Of a stretch of 64,000 nt of DNA, positions 12,855 through 26,392 are shown in pieces (position 1 is the stretch's first letter; every line of letters begins with the position of its first letter). The notes under the pieces are model-generated. The model worked only from the letters and a program-made list of their open reading frames with translations. It was not told where the DNA came from and did not search any database. Source of the stretch: Tubulanus polymorphus (taxonomy: Eukaryota > Animalia > Nemertea); assembly GCF_964204645.1 (NCBI RefSeq), contig NC_134025.1, positions 5,022,001 to 5,086,000 on the forward strand. Direction: 5' to 3'. Both the position numbers and the translations under genes were made by a program.

Positions 12855-15729
12855 GTATTAGTGGGGAGTACGTATTTGGCTACATTTTCTAATTAAACTA
12901 TTTACGATATGTTGAGTATTTGGGTTAGATACTGTCTTGGTTCATGCATGGACTGTACACTGTCCTTTGAATAACCCAACCTGCCACCAATACCGTATTT
13001 TTAAAGTAGGATTCATCGATTCACAATTTTTTAGTTCCAAATTTATATTATTACAACTTCGAGTACAGCCCCACAAGCGGATCTACCAACATCTCAGTAT
13101 GATGTTGGGAATACTTGCCCAGATGTACAAGGAGTATTCAGCGGCGTTCTCTCCATTTTCTCCTATAAGTAACTGAATTTTTAAAAACTTATTCAAATCT
13201 TTTGGCCACCATTGTTTGATTGTATATTGAGTCAACGTTTTTAGTTCTTATTTTGTTATTCGGAATTACTAACTTCCCAAACGCTATGCATTTAATGCGT
13301 ATAGCATCAACATCACCCATCGTTGATTAAAGGTCAAATACAAACATCGGTGCAAACTAATGTCATTATTCATATAATATGTGAATGCAAGTTTCGGACA
13401 CAGAGCTTGTCTTACACGTATCGAGATTATACATCGGGCATTAGCGTTTTGTTCACGCGCATCGAATAAGGCTCGTTTTACTTTCATGATCACACATTTC
13501 AAAATCACATTTAGCCACAGTGGCTTCAGGCAGGACACGCGGATCTATTGCAATTATATAAAGGCGTAACCTTTGAGTTGTTGATGTTACAACTAAAATT
13601 CCTAACGCCAGAGCGTAATCATCTGAACATTACGAGTTCATTACACCCAACCTTAATTAAGGCCCACCGCATACGAGCGCAAATTGTACTGCGATAAGTT
13701 CGTACGCGATAGAATGATACCACAATTCACTCCATGGCCCAGTGTGGCCACGATCAGGTCGTTATGGGTAAAAGTGGTAAATCATTTGGGCGTTTAGTCG
13801 AGCGGTAAGGGCTTTCGGTTTTTGAAGTTAGGTCAGATTATTTTAGGTTTTCCGCCATCTACAAACCAACTTTTGATTCATATAATTTACTTTTATTTTT
13901 CTTAGTTATTCAAAATGTTTCCTCTCGACATAAATTAATTAATCCTCATTGTCTTCTACCCGTTTCTCCGAAGTTCCGGTATGCATTTAGCGTGGAATCA
14001 GTCCAACGCACACGAGCCGAAAAATGCGCAAAGAAAAGAGCTGTGGTAATATCTGTAGTATTTTCAAGGGGCTTTCCGTCCTCTTGTCAAATTCATTTGG
14101 ATATAAATGATTTCTTCTCTCTCCGTACGCGTGTTTCGTGGCAACACGTGGCTGAGCGCATTACCTATAATTTTGAATTTGTATGAGGTTATATTCGGAG
14201 TTTGACCAGTGAGCTTGCAACAGCTCGGAGGTTGCGCGTTGCGAACTTTTAGCGTTCTCAACAAAAAAGAATGAATTGTGATATTCCAATTTGTATTTAC
14301 ATGAATATCCAAAGTAGAGCGCTGTAATTTTGCTTTTATCAAATAGGATTCTGATGGGCGTAGATGACCTACGTAACAATTTGGCGCGACGACCTGTATT
14401 AAAGCAGTCAAATCGTGCAGCATTTCCCCAAAAGTTTTATTCTATTTTTGTTACTCACCTTGAAGCGGGAAACTTTTCGAGTGCGTATGTCCGGGAAATC
14501 TTTACAAATTATCATACATCATGATTTATCCATCCATCCATCCATATTCAAAGCGCGTTGTAAATTACCCTGTAACATGTATACACAGAAGCGGAAAGAC
14601 AAGGGAAATGAACAAGCGATCGTAATGGCTCGTGACCTTTTCTAATTGAATGTCACAACGCAGTAGTCAAATTATTAACTAGGATACAACAATTACATCC
14701 CTACTTTCTTGCGAAGTTCATTTCCCCACAAATAGTTTCGTGACATACTGTGCTGAATTAACGGATGAAGATTCTTTGATAGAACCACTTAATTAGGTCA
14801 CACGTCACTGTCATAGTGTGTCCATATTCATGATCAAAACCCTGATGATCTATACATAGGTTAATATAATATTTATCCATGAAGTCTTGTTCGGATACAA
14901 AAAATTATAGATCAGCATTCCATCTATCCTTATATAGATTCCATATACGTATATACTATATATACAGTTTAGATCTGCGAGTTTAGATCACAAAATATAC
15001 TCGTTGGGATAATGCAATACAAGCTGTTTATATCAGCTGTTGCAACAAAACGCTGTTGGAACTCACAGAAACAATATATTCGTGTTTATATGATGTTAAT
15101 AAGGGAGGCATTTCCCGTGATTTCCTATATTTTGAAAGGTTACAACAGAACAATGCGCCACTCTTTCGATTATCTGTAATTATACGTAAGTATAGTTAAA
15201 AGTTATTTCACTCCCAATACCTAATCCTTGTACTTATGTGCAAGGATAAGCTATATGGAATAGAATAATGCAAAACCAAACGTAAATTAAGATTCAACTA
15301 AAAACCGAGCTCACGGGCAGCTATTCTTCACAGACGTTGCGTATTAGATTTGTTCCAGATGCAAATACATAATGGGACACATTTGTTGTATCGGGTATTC
15401 TCACGTCTGGGAAAGGTTCATCTGGTTGTAATTTTTTCACTGCTATAATGAACTATCTTGGGGATTAGGCAATTTTGCACGCATTTTGAGCCGATAATTG
15501 AAACCCAAAAAGGGGATGATTGTGTTTGTAATAGAGTGCATTAATTGACAGTCGTGTTGAATTGCAGTCCAATAGGTAATGAGGCCAAACCTATCCACAC
15601 CTACATTATTTCCTAGTAATTACGCTATTTTGTATTGTTCTGTTTTGCTGTATACCTGATGACAATGTATAGTGTGCGAAATACCCGAGAGCATGAGTCT
15701 GAGACCGACACTCTGTCACTCAACCAGTG

Positions 15730-15988
15730 CCGGCGGATTGAGGGACCGGGGCACGGCGTGCTGCCCTAAAAGTTGTCTGGAAAACATTCTGGACCCTTTT
15801 TAGCGCATTGTGTCTTGAAATATATTAGTCTTTTTAAACAGACTAGTGTTTTTCTCTATTGTAGTTGTTTAAAAAATCAGGTTCTATAACTACATTTAAG
15901 ATTTCAGAAATTGCTGATCAGTCCCCCTTTGTTTCAGTGCCGTGAGAGTGGAGAGGCCCCAATCCCCCACCGTCCCTGGATCGCCGGT
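15730..15988. mobile_element. Degenerate MITE-like element
   Basis: GC-rich imperfect terminal inverted repeats (CCGGCGGATTGAGGGACCGGGG ... CCCCACCGTCCCTGGATCGCCGG) surround an AT-rich core. Confidence 0.45.
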
Positions 15989-16902
15989 CGTCTCTTCAGT
16001 GCCGCCTTAAGTCCTGGATCCATCCCTGCATCCGAACGTGTGTCGGCAGTCCCCGGCCTGATGAATTGACTAAGGGGCTCCGGATACCTATGATACACGG
16101 ACGCCGCGTCAGGCTGGTGCGCCCGACAGAAAAGCAGACCGAGACGGTTCGCCAAAAGTGTAAATCAAGCGCCGGCCATTACCGACTCCTGCAGAGTTGA
16201 ACTAAAAAATAGTGCCAGGTCATCGTTCTAGGGACAGCGCACCGGTGCGTGGGGTTGATCCGGATTTAGGATATGGAGCATTCCTATCATTTGTTATTGT
16301 GCTGGCAAGCGAGTGTATCTTTTCGGGCTGGCATGTGAGTGTGGCGCCTCGTACCGTATTGGTTCAGTTGGGTTTTCCCTACATAAAGCATTCATTCATG
16401 GTCGACATGCTATGGCATGACATGACATGCAATGTGAATTGTCAATTAAATGCATCGCCTTCGTAGCTCTACTAAAGTAAAGCCAAAGGCCGGGATCAAT
16501 TTGTTTCAAGACTTGAGACACTTAAAACCGATAGTATAGCTTACATGATACACTGTGGACTTGGACTGGCAACAACAACAGTAAGTTTGGTGGGAGCAAT
16601 CTGAAACTTATTGAGCTTTTGTTGTCATGTTGTTTGCGCGAAAAGTCGCCGATCGATATGATTGGTGAAATGAGCTGTAATTATGTTTCTTGTTATTTAG
16701 GGCGAGCGATGGATCGATCGATTTTGTGATTTTTTCTGCGATGTTGGTGCCCTGCCTCTAAAACTGTTGTGATTGTTGAGATATCCCACTGCAGTAGTAT
16801 TCAGCTGGTAGTATTGCGGAAGTACTGCGATATAGCTTTCCTCATCTTACACTGGCTAGATTGACTGGTTACAATTCTTCGAGTCACCTCGCTCCATAAT
16901 AA

Positions 16903-17362
16903 ATGATGGATAGGCTAAAAAATCCTGTACCTGTACCGGTAGCGCTTGAAAAGTCTGATATTCTGTTACACTTGTTTTCGTTTTTGGATCCTATTAGTCT
17001 CGGAAACTGTGCTCAAGTTAACAAATTGTGGTATAATATTATCATCAAAGATTATGATAAATCAATCTGGTCTGGACATTGTATCAATAAATGTGGTTTA
17101 ACGGAGTGTGAGTTGAAAGATGCCAAACGAAGTTGTATGGTAAGCTTGATCCTCACTAAGTAACAATAGTATGACTTGCCTCTTCACATCGAAATGCGTA
17201 CAATTATTATTCTAATTTTTACAGGATATTGTGAAAGACAACTATAAACGACGAAAGAAAAAAGAAAAACTGATTGATGATGGGATTTTATATGGTGAAG
17301 ACATATCAGGACTAACTGCTGTAGATTGGGGTGAGATTGTTGAGGCTTACCAGCAACAATAA
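16903..17362 (+). CDS. FBXO48: Small F-box-only protein, FBXO48-like (2 coding exons, 124 aa)
   Basis: Exons 16903-17139 and 17225-17362 (phase 0). It has the F-box pattern DILLHLFSFLDPISLGNCAQVNKLW, and the C-terminal LTAVDWGEIVEA resembles the recalled FBXO48 ending (..WGEILEAE). Confidence 0.75.
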
Positions 17363-18110
17363 ATGTTCTTTTGATCTATGATCATTTAACCCTGAGGTTT
17401 TCAAACAAGTATATTGATGATTTACAACAACTCCATATCTAGTCTGATATTTTATTGTTAATGTTCATTTTTTAATGAAAATCTACATTTTAAATTACTA
17501 AATTATTTGTGTATCCATCATTAGTGAATTAATTATCTTATTTATTTAATTTATTTTTTTCATTGTTTTTGTTTAAGTAGGCCTATAGGGTACCTATTAG
17601 AGCATAGATAATATATCACTAGTCAATAAAGCTTAAGTGAGTCATTGTAAGTCACCCTATTTTACAATTCAGTACTAGGGGCCTATACTTCTTCACCTTA
17701 GAGCAATCATCGGATATTGTTCGTTCATTTTACCAAATCTTTAGTGTATTTGAGTATAAAGTACATTTGATTACCGGTATTAGGTTTATGGTATGTTTTA
17801 ACGTGGTGTGGTATCATTATTTGTATTTTATTGTATCTGAACGTTTGGTAATAAAATATGATTCGAAACAAATAAGTTGCCGTTGTTTTAATTTAATTCT
17901 ACACTGTGTCCTGCACAGTAGAGAAGCGAGACTCAGAAAAGGTTCGATCCTCCACAATTTAGAAAAAAAATTACGAAAAACGAAATCAACCGTAAAGAAT
18001 GGAGTCCATCTGTCATTTCTACATTCTTTGATCAAAAACCAGTAAGCGACCAACCCTGGCAAGCGAGCGAGAATCACGCAACAGAAAGAAAGGGTTAACC
18101 GAAAAATAAA

Positions 18111-19514
18111 ATGGCTGCCTCCTACGGTGATATCATTCCCGTCATTTCGCGAGCCGTAGACGAAGATGATGATGACGACAGCTCCGAAATCATAAAGTAA
18201 GTACGTTAAATGTTTAGATTAACATTTCTACGCAAACAATCATTTGAATTTATTTGCTGTGTCCCCCACGCAAGCAAATCATTGACGTGAAAAATTTTCA
18301 TTCGCTTTTAGTTCGCTTAAACTACGCCAGGCGGCAGCAGCTCATAGATTAATTCTTGAACTTTCGATATATCTTATATGCCGTTTCTTATTTTTAATTT
18401 ACAGGATTCCTGAACCAGAGATTTGTTGGCAGACTACATTAATACCAGAAAAGACCACAGATTTTGTAATAGCAATTGGACCTGCCGCTTCAGGTATTTT
18501 AACTTAAAACTATTGGTATAAGACAAGTTTAAGATAAAAGTAAAACTAAAAAGTGTCTTACATTGTTGGGACTATGTACCAATATTCAACCACATAAAGT
18601 ATACCGGTATGTGAAATTGTTTTCAGTTTTTGTTGGAACAAATTTTATGTCAAACGATAATACAAGTGAAATTGGCAAAATATCGCTTGAATCTCAAAAA
18701 GACTGTTTCATCCATCAACTTCGTGAACATCCGAATGTACTGTTATGCATGTGCAATCAGCGGTTACAACATGAACAAGCATTTACTTGGACTGAACAGG
18801 TGAGACTATTAATATGGATTTATAGAAATTCATTCCATTTCTTAACAAAAATGTCTTGCTTACAAATCATGAGTTATCCTGATCTTGTCCTTAAAATTGT
18901 GAAGGAGATTATTTGAATTAACTATTACTTCTATCGGTTGAATAGCTGATGCAACAATTCAAGGAAGTAGATGTAAATGTGACCGTTCTGAACGGCGCTA
19001 TGGCTGCCGAATATAAATGCAATAAAGCGATCAATGATGTTAAATTACCACTGGTTCGAGCCTTGAAAACTAGTCACTGCAAAAACGATGCCCTCTGTCA
19101 ATATCTGGATCAACCGAACACTGTCAGTGGTGTGGCTGCGCAAAGTAAGTGTTAGATTACCGATGAAATGATTATTTGGAAAACCGTATGAATTGAAATG
19201 ATATTTTATATATTTTTTCAGTTATCAGCTATTGTCAAATTTATGGATTAAGATGCACTCTTTATCAGGCATTTACCGACACAATCCATCTTGATTCGAT
19301 TCAAGTCAATGCTTTCAATTTCATTCTGAAGGGAAACCCTTTTAAACAACTCCAGCAGGTAAAAACATTTAACTTAATACATATTGAATGAACAATTTCA
19401 GACCTCATGCATAGCGTTATTTCAATATTACTTATTTTGCAGTTTGGAGGTGATAATAACCGATTGAAAGGTCTTTTAGAAAAAGAAAGTTCCGAAAACC
19501 TACTGTATTTATGA
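18111..19514 (+). CDS. PSMG1: Proteasome assembly chaperone 1 (6 exons, 251 aa)
   Basis: Exons 18111-18196, 18405-18493, 18627-18799, 18946-19144, 19222-19358 and 19443-19514 join in frame. The N-terminus MAASYGDIIPVISRAVDEDDDDD and the motif LDQPNTVSGVAAQIISYCQ match the PSMG1/PAC1 pattern. Confidence 0.9.
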
Positions 19515-20276
19515 TTTTATAGATAGATCTCATCAGTTTTTATGTGTCACATACATTTAATGAAAATACATTATTTTGTAAAGTATAAAATTGGTCTTAT
19601 TATTTCCGTCATTTTGCCATCGATCGCTATTAAATATTCCAATTACGGTCTCCAAAAGCAGTTCAGGGAACGTTAAAAACTCTACACTGACACAACTGAT
19701 GTAACTACTGAGGCTAATATCACTTCAGATTTGTTTTGAACATCAAAAAATTTATTGCCTTCATATATTTCATAAAAAGTTAATTAAAAATAATGCATTG
19801 AACAAAAGGACAATAAACACGTAATGATAACTTAATCTACGGTGGTTTCTACATCCAAAACATAGGTTCCTTTCCTCTTAACAGTAGCTACTAAAACTAT
19901 GCGTGGTAGTAAATTCCAGGTTTAGGACACCTTCGTTAAAACTAATTCCAATATAGAAGACAGAAGAAATACGTCACTACCACAATGGTTCTTGCAACCA
20001 CACTGATAATAAATAATGATGAACAATTTGATCTTTTTTGATTACACCAAACCTCTAGGACTACCATAATGCAGACAATACATTAAGCAATTTAAGTATT
20101 TAGAAGATTTACGCATATTTACGGAGATCCTGAGCCAAAATCCAAGAACTCGGTCGAGATATTAAGTATTTTAGTAATACCAAAACAGTACAGCATACAC
20201 TTATTGAAGAAATTTTGAAATGTACCACATGACGTAATTGATAGATTGGAAATTTTCGCTTTCTATCAATATCAGA

Positions 20277-22913
20277 TCAGTCTTCTTTTTCCAACGCTTT
20301 CAACCTTTCAAGGAGAGGTGGGTGGGAATAGTTCCAGGCAGAGAACAGTTTGTCGCAAACTGGGAATCCTAGATTATCCTTGTTGAGTTTGATTAATGCA
20401 GAACGTAATTCGGCTGCATGTCTCAGCGTCTTTGCGAATGCGTCTGCTTGGAATTCAAATCGTCTGCTTAATACGGTCATACAGAATGACAGCAGCTGAA
20501 AATGATAGAAAATTATTCATAAAATCTAGAGTCAAGTACTGATAAGTAATTAATACATCTTGGGCATTAGGTAAAGCTTACCTCGTTGTAGGGTGAGAAA
20601 ATGAACTGGAAAATGATCAGTAATCCTATAAGAATGGGCTGATTATTCGAAAAACCAAATGCAGTGTACAAGATCTGCTTGTTCAGCAGAAAACCAAACA
20701 CCGCAAAGCACAGGAATGTGTTAATCTACAAAGATAAAGGCTCTCATTATTTTTAATGAAAATCGAAGAAACAACTACCGGGTTGGTATCAATCATCGAC
20801 CTGGAGGATTCATCATCATTCATACCTGTCCGATAATGAGATTTTTCAGATTATGATTAAGTTTCCAATGTCCTAGTTCATGACTGAGTACAGCCAATAT
20901 TTCACTGTTACTACATCCCATTTTTCTTTCTTTTTTTCCTTCATTGTCTTCCGATTTTGGTTTTTCATCCTGAAATATTCAACATAGCTATGAACATCGA
21001 TACCAACAGCATACATGTCAAATACTGTAAATACTGTTTATTATTTGAGACGATTCTAATGTTGAATAAGAGAAACTTGGAATTTCCTTTACAAGTAATG
21101 TATAAACCTGTTTTCACATGAACAGCAATAACGAAGAAGGTTTAGTTCAAATTGTCCTGAAAATTCAAAGTAAGTTTCTCAGGGAAAAAGGCGTATAAGT
21201 TTACCGGTTTGTCAGCATCCTCAGTGGGTTCACCCGAAATCTCTCCATCTTTATTCATTGGAGTATAATCTTCTAACAGTGTGTCAAACAGTACAATTCT
21301 CTTGTTCTTATAAAATCCATAGAAGTATGCATTGCTGTGGCTAGAACGTTTCGACCCTATGAATTAGAAGAAAATGTTATCTCAAACTTGAAGCTACCGG
21401 AGAGTTTGATCACTTTCAAATACGGTTGCTCCATTTACCTTCTACGACATAGAGTTTCTTTAATGGGAAATTTATACTGGCAGCTAATTCTTCAATCTTA
21501 GTTCGCAGTGGACCTTCGGGTAGTGGAGTGAATTTGTCAAACAGCGGAGCAATAAAATCAGCATAAACTGTGATCAGAACCTGAAACCGAATTAAAAATA
21601 GAATGCAGGTGTAGAAATACTTTTGAAGTCTATCATTCAACACTACTGTTTTATAGCACTTACTAGCGTTATAATGAATGTAAACAACCAGGCATAAACG
21701 AAGAAATAGTCTCCACCAAGTCGTACAATAGTTATCAGTGTTGCTAATATCGGTAGAGCAATAACTAATGTGACCAGCAGTTTCTTCACTGTGTCTTTCA
21801 AGAAAAATCCAACAGTCTGAAATCGGAAACAAGTTATTTCCAAAGATCTACGAGGATATTAATAGGATAGGATTCTAGTAGAGCTTGTATTTGAGAACTT
21901 TTCTACCTGTTTATTGAAACCATGTCTTTCCTCAATAACGAACGTACTGTACAATCCCCACGGCAAACCAATAATCGTACTGTAGATCATGGTCAAAACC
22001 ATGAATGCCATCGATTGTAAAACCTGATCAAACGAAAGACGAATAGGTGAAATCTAAATACGATATTCGAATAAAATACCATCAGAAATATTCCTAGTTT
22101 ACCTCATATTCGCTACCATAACCAAAGTAAGCGGTTATATCACCAGCCACTCTCCATATGAATGGCAATCCACCAAATAGCAGAAGTAACTACAATTGAA
22201 ATGATAACTTTAGGTCAGTGGATGAAAACCTGTCGGTGCCATCTAACAGTTTAGTTTCAGTAGATAACTTCACAAACATCGGCATGAACGTAGCTGATTA
22301 TAAAAGCTCAATAACAATTTGTTCGCTGGTTTCGCTAGAGAGGGATGCCGGTATGAATGCAATGATTTGGATGTTCGCGGAGCCGCCCTTACCCATCAAG
22401 TACACATTCACAAAACATACCCTTGGTTTCATGCTATCATTTTGAAGATAAGATAAGACGATGATTCAGTTAATTCAAAGAAATAGAATGAAATTACCGT
22501 TGTTTCTACTTGTGAAAACAGTCCGGACCACAAACCAAATACACTTTTGTCCAGTTGATAGACGCGTGCTTTTTCAAACGTTTCAGCGTCCAAAACATGT
22601 TCAATCGCGGCAGGCACTTTATTTACAGTGCGATAAAGTTGACGCTGTAAAATATGATATAAATCACAAGCTTATGAAGTAACATATTATTGACAGATTG
22701 CGTATCTAAATCGTCCTTCCAGCCGGTGCTGCCACCACCCAGACCAGGTACATCTAAACGACACTCGACAGACTTGTGATAAACACCTACCTGACGACTG
22801 GACAAATATGACTCCCATAAGTACACAATCCACGAGAAAATCAAAACACCCCATAAAATGTGTTCAGGAGTAAATGCTTCAGTGGTATTTCGATGAAAAT
22901 ATGGGATTTCCAT
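20277..22913 (-). CDS. ZMPSTE24: CAAX prenyl protease 1 (Ste24, peptidase M48), 10 exons, 475 aa
   Basis: Exons 22913-22791, 22644-22498, 22189-22103, 22023-21907, 21816-21664, 21580-21439, 21356-21205, 20969-20826, 20725-20582 and 20495-20277 sum to 1428 nt. Motifs include [15 protein letters not shown], the HExxH in [22 protein letters not shown] and [10 protein letters not shown]. Confidence 0.98.
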
Positions 22914-23125
22914 GATCTGATGATCGCACCGGTAGTTTTTCAGCGCGAGGAGTGTAGGTTACGTGGATACCCAAATCTGTACGCGGAGTCATGGACCGGG
23001 CGAATGGAAGCCTCCGGATTGGTGGAAGCCTCCGGATCCGCGACCTTCATAATTGTTTACATGTTTCCAAGTATGGCGATCCATGACTTATACTCTCCCG
23101 TCTAATAATCCAGACAAAAATAAAA
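22914..23125. promoter_or_regulatory. Bidirectional promoter region ZMPSTE24 / IQANK1
   Basis: The divergent ATGs are separated by only 212 bp. The interval is CpG-richer than its flanks and contains a 15-bp direct repeat TGGAAGCCTCCGGAT (23005-23019, 23023-23037) and TGTTTAC-A-TGTTTCC. Confidence 0.75.
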
Positions 23126-26100
23126 ATGCCACCGAAGAAACCCGTTGCAAAGGCTCCTGCTGGTTCGAGGACTGCACCAAAAGTGACTGCACCGGTGAAA
23201 ACAACTACTCGCGCTACAGGGGTGGCTACAGGGAAGGGAAAACAAGCAACTCCAGCTGGGAAAAAGGTTATTGCTGGAGGAGGTGAGATAGTGTTCATGT
23301 GACTGCTTTTTGCCGCAGGAAATTGTTAATACATAGAGGTTAAACCTGTGTCATTTAAAGCAAAGAAACCTGCTGCAAATGGAAGCAATCCAAAAAAATC
23401 TGCAACCCCAGCTGAGCCGAAGAAAAAGGTGTGGACCAAAGAAGATGATGCGGCGAGTAAAATTCAGACCAAATACAGACAGTTCAGAAGTAAAAAGATC
23501 CTCGAAAAGAAAAGACAAGAGAAAGCTGATTATGAAGAACTTATGGATAAACTCGAAAAAGAAGTAGGATTTAGGCTACAAACTTCGTAGGCTAACAGTG
23601 CCTCCTCCTAGGTTTTGTAAACAATCATAATCCTGATTATTTTCTTCTGTTCATATTACTACTAGGCTTATGTGAAAATGGTTAAGCAGCAACAGGAAGA
23701 GGCTGAACGCTTATACCAGAAAGAGGAAGAAGAACGAAAAAGAAAACGTGAAGAGCTGAAGAGAAAGAAAAGATTCCTTGAGGCTGCATTTGATGGAGAT
23801 TCGGGAGAAATTATTGCCATTTTAAAAGAGGTAGGTTAGATATGGATGCAAGGTATTCTTTTCTCGTAACGCAAGATATAGTTTCATTTTTCAGAACATA
23901 GCTTCATTTTTACAAAAATTTAATGAAAAGACCTGATGTTGGATATGTAATTAGTGATCAGTGGTTTGAGCTCCCAACAAATGCCATACATGATCGATCA
24001 TTGTGCTACATGTATATAGAATCTCTAGGTTGCAGATTTGGATGTGAAAATGGGCTTAGAAGATGACATCATTGGCCGTGTAACTAAAGTGAAACATCAG
24101 CTATCTATGATAAATTGTGAAGATGCCAATGAAAATACACCCATATCTGAGGCAGCTAGTAAGTCTACCTTTCTCATTTTAAGAATTGAAGACAATGGCT
24201 CACTACAAAAATTTGAGCCGTTATCACATTCTGTCTCACACTAGCTTAATCCATCCACCAATCATTCATGGCCAAATGAATTATCAAATTTATCTATTAT
24301 TAGGTGGTGGGCATGCAGATACTATAAAACTTCTGATAGAAAAAGGTGCTGACATTAATAAGCAAGGACAGTTCCAGAGGACTCCTTTGTATAGAGCAGC
24401 ATTTGCTGGTCATTTAGATGCCTGTCAGGTATATATAATGATAATCCAGTTGTTGTATAATATTAGTTTATGATTCTATACATAGTTATTTATGTTTTCA
24501 AATTTTAGTTGCTGTTGCAACACGGAGCTGACCCAAGAATTTATGCAAGTGATGGACAAACTCCTGAACAGGTTCGAATTGCTTTATTAAGTACCTACGA
24601 TGAATCTATATTTTCTTCATTGATTTATTCGAAAGGAGCCATTAAAATGTAATTCGTTGACCTCATGCAAATTTATGAATAGATAGTTCCATCTGCTTTG
24701 CGTTACGCAGGTGGCATCTCAAGCAACTGTTCAAGAAGTCCTGCAAAGCTGGGATATTTCACAAACTGAATCATTACTCGATAGGATTGAAAAACAGAAA
24801 GAAAAACGACTTGAAGAAGACCGAAAGAAAAAGGAAGCGGAAACTAATAAGTGAGCGCAAAAAAAAATTCTCAACTCGGATTTTATTTTTTGTTATATTA
24901 CTAAAAGTGTGTAGAAATGATTGCATGGATTTGTCTCATGTCAGGTTAGAAAATCAACTTGCAGAAGTGCAGAAAGAGTATAGCGTCAAGCAACTACAGG
25001 TAATACAGATTATCTGGATATTTTTCATGTACAACCGAATTTCATATACAATACAAAGATATGATATTGTTTTCATAAATAGCTGAATGAGTTGTACGCT
25101 GAGCTAGAAAAAAGAATCCATAGCCACGACATGGCTGTAGCTTCAGGATATGAAAAAACCAATGTTACTTTACAGGTAATTTATTGCGATTTGATCTTGG
25201 ATACTACAAATTCTGATGTTATAGTTAGTTTCATACCTTACATCATAGGCAGTGCATGATATCGAATTTGAACTGGAAGTAGCTAAGTTAGACTTTGAAA
25301 AGGCTCGTGACAAGCTCGCTCAGGCTAAGCTTCAACTCAGAGACCAAGAGAGAGAAAATCAAGGTATGATTTATGCATTTATTTACCTGGAGTCCATCTA
25401 TTGACAGTTGGATAGGTTAGAAGATCCTTTGAAATTTTGCGACCATAATGAATTGACCTCCAAATACTGCAGCTTGACACGAAATATGATATTATTTTGT
25501 AGGTTTAACTGGACAAGAGCTGCCTGGTATACCAGTAGCGATCAAAGAGTTAGATGAGGTTTTACTGCGCGATGTTGGAAACCGCATTAAGGAATCCGGA
25601 AAGTAAGAAAATAAAAAGATGAAAATAGATGTTTTATTTTATTCTAAAGCATTTTGTTCACATGTTGATCGTGTTTCTATTTAAGATGGCCATTGATCAT
25701 TGATCCTTCTGGACAAGCCTCAATATTTCTGCGATATAGAGACACAAATTACCTGAATGCACTGCGACCTCATGATATGGAACCAGACAGAATAAGACTT
25801 GCCCTGTTGGGCAGTATAAGGTACCAGTCATGACAAACTGAAAGTTAACATTTGATTATGAGTTACTGGATGCTACAGTGTCTTTAATTCTAATGCAGTT
25901 CTAGGCTATGAAAACTTTGAGGATTTCTTGTTATTCACGTCGTTTTCAGATTTGGTAAGATCTTCATCATAGACATGATGGAAATCGATATGTACGAAGC
26001 GTGTGAGAGAAGATTTGACGAGATTCAAAAAGGACTACTGGATTCTGTTATGGACAAATCTATATTGCAGAATGAAAGGTACTTATTGTGCAATTATAAC

Positions 26101-26392
26101 TGAAATTTGAAAATGGGCTTTAATCTCAAAAAACTATACTCATTCTTATGACCGTTGATGTAGAAATGGTCATTGAAGCAATCATTGGTATTATGAAAAT
26201 GAACAATATTTATTATGTTTTAGGTATTTGTCGTTTGTGAAAGAATCTGATGGACCCGAATATCAGAAAACTAAGTTCAACGATCTCAGAGTATCAAATT
26301 TCCGTTTCTATATTCTATCAAAAAATCCTTATCCTTCGGAACAATTAATGGATCGCTTGTATGGACCGATACGCGTTCAGATACCGATGTAG
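23126..26392 (+). CDS. IQANK1: IQ motif and ankyrin repeat domain-containing protein 1 (14 exons, ~592 aa)
   Basis: Exons 23126-23282, 23361(or 23337)-23563, 23666-23830, 24029-24158, 24304-24428, 24509-24571, 24711-24850, 24945-24999, 25083-25175, 25249-25363, 25503-25602, 25686-25820, 25950-26078 and 26224-26392 join in frame. The product has an MPPKK basic tail, an IQ motif (AASKIQTKYRQFRSKK), a coiled coil, ankyrin repeats (NTPISEAASGGH, RTPLYRAAFAGH) and a C-terminal WPLIIDPSGQA domain. Confidence 0.88.

Noticed and set aside
13787-13860. tRNA-like A-box (TAGTCGAGCGG) suggesting a tRNA or SINE head
   Set aside because: There is no B-box and no cloverleaf, so it is at most an eroded SINE.
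15655-15705. CTGATGA...CGAAA hammerhead-like core
   Set aside because: Stems II and III cannot be paired convincingly.
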